A DNA stretch of 54,756 bases from IMG/VR virus record IMGVR_UViG_3300005588_000719, positions 1-54,756 of that record, one strand, 5' to 3'. Below are positions 19,449-28,549 of this stretch, piece after piece. The DNA comes from a virus (Duplodnaviria; Caudoviricetes). Positions within the stretch are counted from its first letter, which is position 1, and each line of letters starts with the position of its first letter. The position numbers were made by a program, and so were the translations under genes. The notes beneath the pieces were generated by a model. It did not search any database and was not told the DNA's origin. It was given only the letters and a program-made list of their open reading frames with translations.

Positions 19449-20873
19449 TTATTTATTAATATTTTCTTTTTCTTTAAATTGTTTGTATGCTTCTCTAAAA
19501 CTCAATTTGTTTTCATCTGCGTATTGTTTTACTTTTTGAGTAAATTCATATTCACCTTCTAATCTATTCTCAATAGTTGGCATGTTAGTACCTTCTGTAA
19601 ATTCTTGACCTTCTGATAATCTTGAACCAAATGATTCAGTATATTCTAAAAGCATTTTATTAACAGTCGCTTCTGAATTTGTTCCACCTTTTGAAAATTT
19701 ATAAACTGGAAGCGTATGTGTAGCATTCAACAAGTTAAACAAGGACTCTTTTTGCTTAGGCTCTAAAATTCCTTTTGAAACTAAGGAATTAATATTTTCA
19801 TTAAATCCTGCAATTCTATCTTTTGTTTCAAGCTCTTCAATTCGTTTTTGCATTCTTTCGAATTCAGGATTGTTTGAGTTTGAAAATCCATTTTGATTAA
19901 CAGCACTATTTGAATTAGCTGAAACATCTTCTGGTTTTTCTGTTCCATCTTCTGTTGAAGCAGAAATAATTTTAGCAATGTAATTTTCTTTGACTTCAGA
20001 AAACTTACTTGAGAACTGTGTCGCTACTTCTGGACTAAATGTCTCTTCAGACCATGTAGTAAGTTCTTCTTGCAATTCGGTAAATAGTTGAGCTAATTTC
20101 TCTTCCATTGAACCTTCCTCATATTGTTTATTTGAAATATTATCTTTTTTATTTTCATATCCATTAGCGCCTTCTAAAGTTTTTATTAGCTGGTCTTTAG
20201 TTAAATCTTTTATAGGGACATTCACAGCGTAATTCCATTTCTCAATATAATTCTTAGAAAAATATTTTTCTGATGGTTTACTCTTAGAGTAGAACCTATC
20301 ATTAGGATAGTAATTGATACTTATACCATGAATATTTAATAACTCAAGAAAATCAGAAAGAGTGATATTTTTTATTGTTGGTATTAACTCTTTCTTAGTA
20401 TCTTTAAATTTACTTTTTGAACTCTTAACCTTATCAGTAAACTCACACTTTTTAAAGTTCATACTTTCAACTGTATCTTCTTTTGAAAGAGTAAAAGGTT
20501 CTAAATCTGTTACAGCTGGGTCTTCTGCCCCTAATACTGCTAAATGTCGGAACGTATCTCCCTCATTAATAGCGATAGAAACTGCATCAAACTCTCCGTT
20601 ACGAACATCTTTTATAAACTCTTCATTTGACGATTGAACCAAAGCGTACATAGTATCATCTATTCTTTTTAATTCTAATACTTCACCAAATTTCGGTTGC
20701 CCTGTTTCTTCATGTCCTTTAATAACTGGAGCTTTCCTTTCTGTTTCCGGTCTCGCATTGTATTCGTCAATAATACTATCTAATATCTCTTCGGTAAAAT
20801 CTCTTGACCTACCTAATGAATCGGTTTGAGTTCCTACTTTAAATACTTCTACCCAATTTTCTACTACTGGCAT
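19449..20873 (-). CDS. Mu gpI-like prohead protease + scaffold
   Basis: WVEVFKVGTQTD, APVIKGH, VSIAI and RHLAVLGAEDPAVTDL; coiled-coil C-terminal half. Confidence 0.85.
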   Translation of the reverse strand: MPVVENWVEVFKVGTQTDSLGRSRDFTEEILDSIIDEYNARPETERKAPVIKGHEETGQPKFGEVLELKRIDDTMYALVQSSNEEFIKDVRNGEFDAVSIAINEGDTFRHLAVLGAEDPAVTDLEPFTLSKEDTVESMNFKKCEFTDKVKSSKSKFKDTKKELIPTIKNITLSDFLELLNIHGISINYYPNDRFYSKSKPSEKYFSKNYIEKWNYAVNVPIKDLTKDQLIKTLEGANGYENKKDNISNKQYEEGSMEEKLAQLFTELQEELTTWSEETFSPEVATQFSSKFSEVKENYIAKIISASTEDGTEKPEDVSANSNSAVNQNGFSNSNNPEFERMQKRIEELETKDRIAGFNENINSLVSKGILEPKQKESLFNLLNATHTLPVYKFSKGGTNSEATVNKMLLEYTESFGSRLSEGQEFTEGTNMPTIENRLEGEYEFTQKVKQYADENKLSFREAYKQFKEKENINK

Positions 20874-21147
20874 AATAATTTTATTTTAAGTGAAAAAATA
20901 TAATGCAAATATTGATATTAAACAAAGGAACTTCTAAAGCGACTTCCTCCCTTTGTTTTGACTTGGTTTTCATATTCAGTTTTAAAATCTTCTAAAACCC
21001 TTGCTATACCATTACTTTATATTTTAAATAAAAAAATAAAATTGGCTTACCCACTAAAAACCGTTAAAAACTATTTGAAAAAAGAAACTCACACTTTTGC
21101 ATTTTTAGTTTTCTGTTCTCTATTTTGCATTTGAATTAATTCTCAAA

Positions 21148-21220
21148 GCGGAGTTATCATAACAGGTTAATGAGCAATCTATCCAAGATTGATAATAGGG
21201 TTCAAGTCCTTAACTCCGCT
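21148..21220 (+). tRNA. tRNA-Gly (TCC), non-canonical (A33, A15:A48, no encoded CCA)
   Basis: GCGGAGT TA TCAT AACAGGTTA ATGA G CAATC TATCCAA GATTG ATAA TAGGG TTCAAGT CCTTA ACTCCGC T; all four stems pair. Confidence 0.88.
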
Positions 21221-21241
21221 CTTTCTATTTAGGATAAAAAT

Positions 21242-21976
21242 ATGGCTGACAATCAAAAAAAAGTAAAAGAAATCAATGCTATTTTAAAGAGTTTAGGCTT
21301 ACCAGAAATTGTAATCTTAGATCCAAATTCCTTAATTGCACAGAAAAAGAATGCTCGCTATTTTAAACCAGAGAAATTTCAAACACTAGTAAATAATATT
21401 AAAAACGAGGGTTCATTAAAGTCTGCTCCTTTAGTTTATTATGATGAAGATGTAAAGAAATATAGAATAATAGATGGTTCGCACAGAGTACAAGGGGCAA
21501 AAGACGCAGGTCTAAAAGCAATTATGTGTTTCTTAGACAATCCAAATTCAAACGATGAAAAAATATCAAAACAATTATCTTTTAACGCTTTAACAGGCGA
21601 AGACGATAAATTAATATTAGCTGAGTTATTCAAATCAATCAAAGATATAGAACTTAAATTTGCAACAGGATTAGATGACGAATTACACAAAATAGAATAT
21701 TCATCTCTAAACTTTATGATTGGAGCTTCGAAGCAATTAACAGTTTTATTCTTGCCTGAGGATATTGCAGAATATGATAAAGGAATGGAGAAAATTGCAC
21801 AAGACCTTTCAATCAAACCATCGGACGAAATAAGAACAACAAGTGTTGAATATTGGGACAAATTCGTTCAAGCTATTTTAAAAGTTAAAAAGAATGAAAA
21901 CATCAAATCAAATGGTAGTGCAATATTGCGAATGATTGAACTCGCTAATGAACAGTTGAATAATAAGGACGATTGA
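21242..21976 (+). CDS. ParB/Srx-like N-terminal domain protein
   Basis: KNARY, LVNNIKNEG, PLV and YRIIDGSHRVQGA. Confidence 0.85.
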   Translation: MADNQKKVKEINAILKSLGLPEIVILDPNSLIAQKKNARYFKPEKFQTLVNNIKNEGSLKSAPLVYYDEDVKKYRIIDGSHRVQGAKDAGLKAIMCFLDNPNSNDEKISKQLSFNALTGEDDKLILAELFKSIKDIELKFATGLDDELHKIEYSSLNFMIGASKQLTVLFLPEDIAEYDKGMEKIAQDLSIKPSDEIRTTSVEYWDKFVQAILKVKKNENIKSNGSAILRMIELANEQLNNKDD

Positions 21977-21977
21977 A

Positions 21978-23333
21978 ATGTTTTTAGGAACAATCCCAAA
22001 ACTACTCTTAGAATATTTAATTGGTGAAATTAAAAGAATTAAACCAAAACGTATTTTTCTATTATTCTCTGGTAATTTTGGAGTTGAAAAAGCTATATCC
22101 AATATTTGTCCAGATATAGAAATTATTTCTACTGATATTTCATTATACTCAAGAGCAATTGGTTTTGGTTTGATAAATAAAAAATTTCAAGTTGAATATA
22201 GACCAGAGTTATTAGAACAATTTCCATTCTTTAAAGATAAGACTACTCCAATTGATTATGCCGTAGCAGTAATTTTCTTTTTAGAAGTTGCAAATAATTT
22301 AGAAAAAAATCATCACAGATATTATCGAAGTCTAAATAATGAAGCAGTTAATAATACTGAAATGTACTATAATCAAATAAAGAGCAAATTATTGAGTTTT
22401 GCAAGTACGCTTGGAAAATTAGATTTCAGAGGGATTGATGCAATTAAATTGATTGAGGAATGTGGAAAAGGTGATTTTGTATTTTTTGACCCTCCATACT
22501 GGGCGGATGGATATGATAAAATGTTCGAACAATTAGAAAAATACTTTGATTTTGATACACCAGAATTCACAGTTATTGACGAAGAGAAAACCCTTAATTC
22601 TTTAGCCTTATTACATGAAAAAGAGTGCATAGTTTATTACAGATCTATAGATGAACTTCAACTTCCGAATTACAAAATAGTATTTAAACATAATAACAAA
22701 ATTAACTCTTCCCTATTAACATACTCTAATTATAAAGAATCCACAATATCAGTTTCAAGAAAATTTCAATTCCCAACTGAACAGCCTAAATACGAACTTT
22801 TTAAATTCGAAGATGTTATCACTATAAATTCTAAGATTGTATTGAAAGAAATAGAACGAAAACACGCTAATCATTACAGGTTACTCTGGGTAAAAAAAGC
22901 TGATGCAACAAAAGGTGGTATTCCATATTTAATTTTCATAGATGGAAAAGTAATAGGTCTAATTCAAGTTGAAACTTCGCTTGGTTTTAAATATCATGAT
23001 GATATAGCAAGAATATTTGCAGACCCTTGTGTTCCTACAAGCAGATATAAAAGATTGAGCAAGCTAATATTAGCATTATGCTTAACAGAAACTTTTCTTA
23101 AACAATATAACGAAGATACTCTGTGGTATAACACGGGGTTTAAGACGGCAGTATTTACAAACGCCCATACTTCCATGAAATATAGGAACTTATTTAAACT
23201 TACAAATAGAATGCCTTTAAATAACGGCAAATACAAATACAAACTGTTGTATCAAAATAAAAAACTGTTCAAAGACTACAAATCTGCTTTGGCTTACTGG
23301 TTAAAAAAAGACGGTAAAATATTAAATGCTTAA
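21978..23333 (+). CDS. Dam-like adenine methyltransferase fused to a GNAT/Mom-like domain (putative antirestriction DNA modification enzyme)
   Basis: LFSGNF (motif I-like), STDISLYS and FFDPPY (motif IV); C-terminal ANHY, YLIFIDGKVIG, RLSKL and SMKYR. Confidence 0.72.
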   Translation: MFLGTIPKLLLEYLIGEIKRIKPKRIFLLFSGNFGVEKAISNICPDIEIISTDISLYSRAIGFGLINKKFQVEYRPELLEQFPFFKDKTTPIDYAVAVIFFLEVANNLEKNHHRYYRSLNNEAVNNTEMYYNQIKSKLLSFASTLGKLDFRGIDAIKLIEECGKGDFVFFDPPYWADGYDKMFEQLEKYFDFDTPEFTVIDEEKTLNSLALLHEKECIVYYRSIDELQLPNYKIVFKHNNKINSSLLTYSNYKESTISVSRKFQFPTEQPKYELFKFEDVITINSKIVLKEIERKHANHYRLLWVKKADATKGGIPYLIFIDGKVIGLIQVETSLGFKYHDDIARIFADPCVPTSRYKRLSKLILALCLTETFLKQYNEDTLWYNTGFKTAVFTNAHTSMKYRNLFKLTNRMPLNNGKYKYKLLYQNKKLFKDYKSALAYWLKKDGKILNA

Positions 23334-23713
23334 AACAATGATAATAGTTCTTTCTTCATTTTCGCAAGTTCTTTTATATCTAAATCTAATTCGGCATTTA
23401 ACCATTCTGCAACTAAATGCCTATGACAAAAGTCGTTAGGTTTTTCATAACAAAGTAATACTACATCTTTACCGTCTGAAAGACTTTGCAAGATTGAATA
23501 TATTTCTTTCGCTTCTAATTGCTTCAATTGTTCCTTAAAAGATAAAGTATATTCAAACTCATCTTTTAAAATAAAAGTATGGTACGTTGGAGCAATTGCT
23601 TTTAAGTTTTGCCCTTCAAACCAATAAGGTGGCTTTAAGCAAATTGCAATAGGATTATATTTTGTGGTATCTATATTCTTCAAGTTACCAAAATATGACG
23701 TGAATATTTTCAT
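23330..23713 (-). CDS. DUF488 family protein
   Basis: IFTSYF, IAPT and VVLLCYEKPNDFCHRHLVAEWL. Confidence 0.88.
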   Translation of the reverse strand: MKIFTSYFGNLKNIDTTKYNPIAICLKPPYWFEGQNLKAIAPTYHTFILKDEFEYTLSFKEQLKQLEAKEIYSILQSLSDGKDVVLLCYEKPNDFCHRHLVAEWLNAELDLDIKELAKMKKELLSLF

Positions 23714-23746
23714 AAGTTATTCCTTATCAATGTGTTACAATAGTTT

Positions 23747-23775
23747 AATATAAGATTTTTTTAGATAATATACAA
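23747..23775 (-). promoter_or_regulatory. Promoter for the DUF488 gene
   Basis: TTGTAT-17 nt-TATATT. Confidence 0.55.
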
Positions 23776-23793
23776 GTAGAAAAATTAAAAAAA

Positions 23794-24252
23794 ATGTCCA
23801 GAACCAAAAAGTATTCAAAGAAAAAATTTGCTGAAGCAATTGTATTGAATGACGGTTATATTTCAGAGATAGCAAAACACTTAGATTGTTCTTGTCAGAC
23901 CGTTAAAAATTACTTAGCAGAATATGAAGATTTGGCAGAGCTTAAAGAATCAATTGATATTAAAGTTCTGGATTTGGCAGAAAGCGTAATAAGAGAATCA
24001 TTGTCAAACGGAGACTTAGAGACTGCAAAATGGGTTCTTTTAAAGAAAGGTGGAAATCGAGGTTACTCAAATAAACCTTTAGTCAATATCAATAATAATT
24101 ATGATAACAAGAAAACAGAAAATAATCTTTATTTGCAACAACAAAATAATCAAAATTTACAGCTTGCATTAAACGAAATGAGTTTAGAAGAAAAGGCGAT
24201 ACTTAAAAAATTTCTCGGTAAAACAAAAGAATTGAATGAAGCAAATTCTTGA
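23794..24252 (+). CDS. terS: Terminase small subunit (HTH)
   Basis: ISEIAKHLDCSCQTVKNY HTH; AKWVLLKKGGNRGY; overlaps terL. Confidence 0.75.
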   Translation: MSRTKKYSKKKFAEAIVLNDGYISEIAKHLDCSCQTVKNYLAEYEDLAELKESIDIKVLDLAESVIRESLSNGDLETAKWVLLKKGGNRGYSNKPLVNINNNYDNKKTENNLYLQQQNNQNLQLALNEMSLEEKAILKKFLGKTKELNEANS

Positions 24253-25768
24253 CATATTACTTACAGACAAACAAGCTGAAATAGAACTTGATAGGTCAAT
24301 GCACCAAGAATCTTATTACCATTTTTTCTTAGATTATTGGAACGTAGTAGAACCAGATATAAAATTAGTAGATAATTGGCATATAAAATATTTGTGTGAG
24401 AAATTACAGGACATATTATTTAAAGTATCTAAGCGAGAAGACAAAGAGAAAGACTTAGTAATAAATATTCCACCCGGAACAACAAAGAGTACAATCGTTT
24501 CAATAATCTTTCCTGTATGGTGTTGGGTAATTAATCCGCAATTAAAGATTATCACAGTATCAGAAGCCCAACCCTTAGCTAATAAATTTAGTGCAAGGTC
24601 AAGAGACTTAATACAATCTGAAAAATTCAAAGAACAATATCCCGAATTTAGGATAAAACAAGATAGGAATAGAATAAATGATTATGCACTAACACAAGGC
24701 GGATATAGATATGCAGTAGGTGTAGGCAGTACGATTATAGGAAATCACGGAGATATAATAATAATAGATGACCCATTATCAGTAGAAAATGCTTTTTCTA
24801 AAATAGCGAGGTTTAGAGCTAATAGATATATAGAACAAACATTGCCAACAAGGGTAACAGATAAGAAAAACTCTGCGTTCATTTTAGTTATGCAAAGATT
24901 ACATCAACAAGACCCAACTTCAATATTTATAGAAAGAGACAATGTAAATCATATCTGTTTACCTGCTGAGTTAAGCGAAGCAGTAAAACCACCAGAATTA
25001 AAAGAACATTATAAAAAGCAAGGTGGATTGTTAGACCCTATACGATTAGATAAAAAAGTTCTTAAAGGTCTTTTTGATACATTGAAATTATACGGATATA
25101 ATGCACAAATAAAGCAAACACCTATTACATTAGAAGGAAACCTGTTTAAGAAAAAATCATTTCGATATTATAACGAAAATGATAAGATGTATATATTGAA
25201 TAAAAAGACTGAAATAGTTAGATATCCTAAAGAAAATTGCCTTGTATTTGCTTCGGTTGATTTGGCAATATCACAAACAGAAACAGCAGATTTTACAGTT
25301 GTACAAATTTGGGCGTTTACTCCTAAGGCAGAATTATTATTAATAGACCAAATAAGAGAAAAGTTTTCTGGAGCTGAACATTTACCTGCATTAAAAAAAG
25401 CAAAAGATTTATATGGAGTTCAATTTTTTGCTATAGAAAATGTACAATTTCAACAATCTTTAGTGGATCAAGTAAACGCTTCTGGAATGACAGCAACGCC
25501 TATACCAGCAAATGGTGATAAAGTAATCCGTTCTTTACCTTTTGTAATGGCAATAGAAAATGAACAATGTTTCTTTCCAGAAAATAAATCATTTATGACT
25601 GAATATGAAGAAGAGCTGTTAGGGTTTCCAGATTCGACACACAAAGACCAAGTTGATGCCGGTTCAATTGCGTTCATAGTAAAAAATAAGGGAATGATTG
25701 GAAGTAATAAGAATTTAATAAGAACAAGTTCAAGATTGAAATCAAATTCATTAATTAAAAAAAGGTAA
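24236..25768 (+). CDS. terL: Terminase large subunit
   Basis: INIPPGTTKS Walker A, IIIIDDP Walker B, VMQRLH; nuclease SVDLA and HKDQVDA. Confidence 0.95.
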   Translation: MKQILDILLTDKQAEIELDRSMHQESYYHFFLDYWNVVEPDIKLVDNWHIKYLCEKLQDILFKVSKREDKEKDLVINIPPGTTKSTIVSIIFPVWCWVINPQLKIITVSEAQPLANKFSARSRDLIQSEKFKEQYPEFRIKQDRNRINDYALTQGGYRYAVGVGSTIIGNHGDIIIIDDPLSVENAFSKIARFRANRYIEQTLPTRVTDKKNSAFILVMQRLHQQDPTSIFIERDNVNHICLPAELSEAVKPPELKEHYKKQGGLLDPIRLDKKVLKGLFDTLKLYGYNAQIKQTPITLEGNLFKKKSFRYYNENDKMYILNKKTEIVRYPKENCLVFASVDLAISQTETADFTVVQIWAFTPKAELLLIDQIREKFSGAEHLPALKKAKDLYGVQFFAIENVQFQQSLVDQVNASGMTATPIPANGDKVIRSLPFVMAIENEQCFFPENKSFMTEYEEELLGFPDSTHKDQVDAGSIAFIVKNKGMIGSNKNLIRTSSRLKSNSLIKKR

Positions 25769-25774
25769 AGTAAA

Positions 25775-27301
25775 ATGTTACGAAATTTATTCAAACGTAA
25801 TATTGGATTAAACAAAGTAGTTAATTCAATAGCAGAGAAACGATTATTGAAATCATTGAAAACTGTTAAAAGTGATTTTGATAGGTTTAAAAATTTAACA
25901 AAGAATAATGATTATTCAGACCAAATATTAAGAGAATTAAACGGAGATTACACGAAGCTGTCTAGGTTACTAGATGATTCTCATGTACATGCAACAGTAC
26001 AAGCAAGAAAATCTGCTTCGTTATCAATGAATTATCAATTATTAATGAATGGAGTTAGACCTGAAATAGCTGAATTTATTAATAAAGTATTTAAAGAATA
26101 TGATATTGCAAATGAAAATGAAAAAATAATAGACTGTATTTTATACGGTTGGGTTCCAATTGAATTAGTATGGAAAATTACATCTGATTATTGGACAATA
26201 ACAGATTATATTCAACATCCTCATTCATGGTTTGAAATTGATAAAGACGGTTTAGTTTACCATAGAACAAAATCATTTAGTAAAGATAAGAAATTAGTTA
26301 GTCCAGATAAGTTAATAATAGTGTCAAACGGAAATACTTCTTTAGGCAAAGCATTACTTTCAAAATGTTATTATCCTGTGAAATTTAAAGATGCTGCATT
26401 TGAGTACTGGATTAAATTTGCGGAAAAATTTGGTTCTCCGTTGTGGCATGCTGAAGTAGGGAATGCAATAGATGACGATACCTTAGATGATATTGAAAGT
26501 GAATTAATTTCTGCAAGAGAAAGCGGAGTATTGATAACAAAAGAACAAATGAAAATTAATTTGATAAATGGAGCAAACCAATCTACAATTAATGTATATA
26601 ATAATTTAATCGGAGTTAGTAATATTGAAATATCTAAAGCAATATTATCACAAACACTAACTACTGAAATAGGTAACGTCGGTTCTTATGCAGCAAGCCA
26701 AACACATTTGCAAATAATGGACTTCCTTGTAAAAAGTGATATAAGAATAATTGAAAAGTTTTGGAACAACATAATCAAATTATTAGTAAAGAAAAACTTT
26801 ATTGTAGAAAACCAAGATACATTGCCTAAATTGGAAATGTTCCCTGAACCTAAGGCAACTATCGAAGAAGCTAATAAAACTTCAATCTTGGCTAATACTG
26901 GCGTAAAATTCAATAAGAAATATTATGAAAATAACTTTCATTTACAGCAAGACGAGTTTGATATAGTCGATGTTGTTCAAAACGCACCACAACAAATAAT
27001 GAATGCTCCTGAAAATGATATTGAATTTAAAGAGAAAGTAAAAATTAATAATGCTTTCGAAGAAATTCAAGATGTAATAGACTCTTGGGACGGCAAAACA
27101 GAAATTAATGATTTAATTGATGACATGATTAACGGAGTTCAAAACCTTATAAAGTCTGGTAAGTCCTTCAAATCAATTCAAAATGAAATAATTAAATATA
27201 TAGATGACGATACTTTAGCAGATACTTTTGCAAGCAAATTAGAAAATCTATATTTTAATACTTTCCTTCATGGTGTTGTAAATGGAGAAAAAAAGATATG
27301 A
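25775..27301 (+). CDS. Portal protein (Mu gp29/DUF935-like)
   Basis: WIKFAEKFGSP and EISKAILSQTLTTEIGNVGSYAASQTH. Confidence 0.92.
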   Translation: MLRNLFKRNIGLNKVVNSIAEKRLLKSLKTVKSDFDRFKNLTKNNDYSDQILRELNGDYTKLSRLLDDSHVHATVQARKSASLSMNYQLLMNGVRPEIAEFINKVFKEYDIANENEKIIDCILYGWVPIELVWKITSDYWTITDYIQHPHSWFEIDKDGLVYHRTKSFSKDKKLVSPDKLIIVSNGNTSLGKALLSKCYYPVKFKDAAFEYWIKFAEKFGSPLWHAEVGNAIDDDTLDDIESELISARESGVLITKEQMKINLINGANQSTINVYNNLIGVSNIEISKAILSQTLTTEIGNVGSYAASQTHLQIMDFLVKSDIRIIEKFWNNIIKLLVKKNFIVENQDTLPKLEMFPEPKATIEEANKTSILANTGVKFNKKYYENNFHLQQDEFDIVDVVQNAPQQIMNAPENDIEFKEKVKINNAFEEIQDVIDSWDGKTEINDLIDDMINGVQNLIKSGKSFKSIQNEIIKYIDDDTLADTFASKLENLYFNTFLHGVVNGEKKI

Positions 27302-28305
27302 AAAAAGAATTAATTAATTTAGGGTTTTTAAATTATAATGATAATTTGTTTCTAATTCCTTGTAAATTTAAAAATGAAATTCCACAAGATACCTTGCTTT
27401 ATGATATTCACAATAACAAAGTATATTATAATCAATCAAATTATGATAGTTATAATAACGAATATTTACCATTAGGAATAAAAGTATCAAGTTCTGAAAC
27501 AGTCCTTAGTTTTAAAGAGCCTTTTGATTCTAACTTGAAAGATATTTTTGATACACCTCCACCAATGGCATTAGAATATTGGGAAAAGAAAACAGACTTG
27601 AAAATTACTTGGAGTTGGGAAGAGTGGCAATATATAGCCCTTGAAATGCACTCTAGAATGTTTACTGTTGCTAAAGTTGTTCAAGCCGATATATTACAAA
27701 TTATTTATGACGGAGTTCAAAAAGGTATCGATGAAGGTATGACCAAAAAACAAGTTGGGATTTATCTTGAACAAAAATTAGCTGACAATGGTTGGTCTGG
27801 AGAAAAAACTGTAACTGACCCTAAAACTGGAAAAACAAGTAAACTTAAACTGGATAGAAGCAGATTAGAATTTATCTATCAAGAGAATATGACCAGAGCA
27901 TTAACTTCAGGTCGGTATCAAAGACAAAAATCATTAGCTTCAGTATTAAACATTTGGGAATATGAAGTAATCGAAGATAGTAGGACAACAACAATATGTA
28001 ACTCACTTAAAAATATAGTGGCAGAAGCAAGCAATCCAATTTGGAATGCAATCTATCCACCAAATCATTTTGGTTGCAGAGCCTATGTAAATACATATAC
28101 AGAGAAACAAGCTAAGAAGAATAATATAAAACTAAGTTCAAACAAGGATATTAAGGATATGGAAAAACCGGCAAAAGGTTTTGATGTTGAACCTGACGAA
28201 ATATGGAATCCAGATACTTCCAAATATACAAAAGGATTAAAAAAACGTTTAGAAAAATCATTAAAGAAAAACAAATCAAACGGAAGTTTAGATATTCCTA
28301 TCTAA
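27298..28305 (+). CDS. Mu gpF/SPP1 gp7-like head morphogenesis protein
   Basis: MFTVAKV, RLEFIYQEN, DSRTT and IYPPNHFGCR. Confidence 0.9.
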   Translation: MKKELINLGFLNYNDNLFLIPCKFKNEIPQDTLLYDIHNNKVYYNQSNYDSYNNEYLPLGIKVSSSETVLSFKEPFDSNLKDIFDTPPPMALEYWEKKTDLKITWSWEEWQYIALEMHSRMFTVAKVVQADILQIIYDGVQKGIDEGMTKKQVGIYLEQKLADNGWSGEKTVTDPKTGKTSKLKLDRSRLEFIYQENMTRALTSGRYQRQKSLASVLNIWEYEVIEDSRTTTICNSLKNIVAEASNPIWNAIYPPNHFGCRAYVNTYTEKQAKKNNIKLSSNKDIKDMEKPAKGFDVEPDEIWNPDTSKYTKGLKKRLEKSLKKNKSNGSLDIPI

Positions 28306-28337
28306 AAAAAAAGAGCATATAATAATATACTCTTTTT
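28304..28337. terminator. Bidirectional intrinsic terminator
   Basis: AAAAAGAGCATAT-AATA-ATATACTCTTTTT between convergent units. Confidence 0.75.
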
Positions 28338-28478
28338 AAATTTATGCAACTAACATTGCAAAGGTTCTCCACTTTTAAAGACTGCTGACGACCTTGAAGC
28401 ATTCGTCTTGACTTAAAACGTTTTTTTTGATTGTCTGTTTTGAATAATAATATTATTAATTGCTTATAAACATAGTAT

Positions 28479-28507
28479 AATATAAGTATTATTTTTTATA
28501 TATGCAA
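28479..28507 (-). promoter_or_regulatory. Promoter with no downstream ORF
   Basis: TTGCAT-17 nt-TATATT, same architecture as 42470 and 54084. Confidence 0.6.
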
Positions 28508-28549
28508 GTGTTAATTTCTTTATTTTCAATGTGTTATAGCGTTTTATTG

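Noticed and set aside
28372-28420. Hammerhead-like CTGACGA...GAAG...GTC on the + strand
   Set aside because: GAAG instead of GAAA, no stem II, and stem I does not pair next to the core
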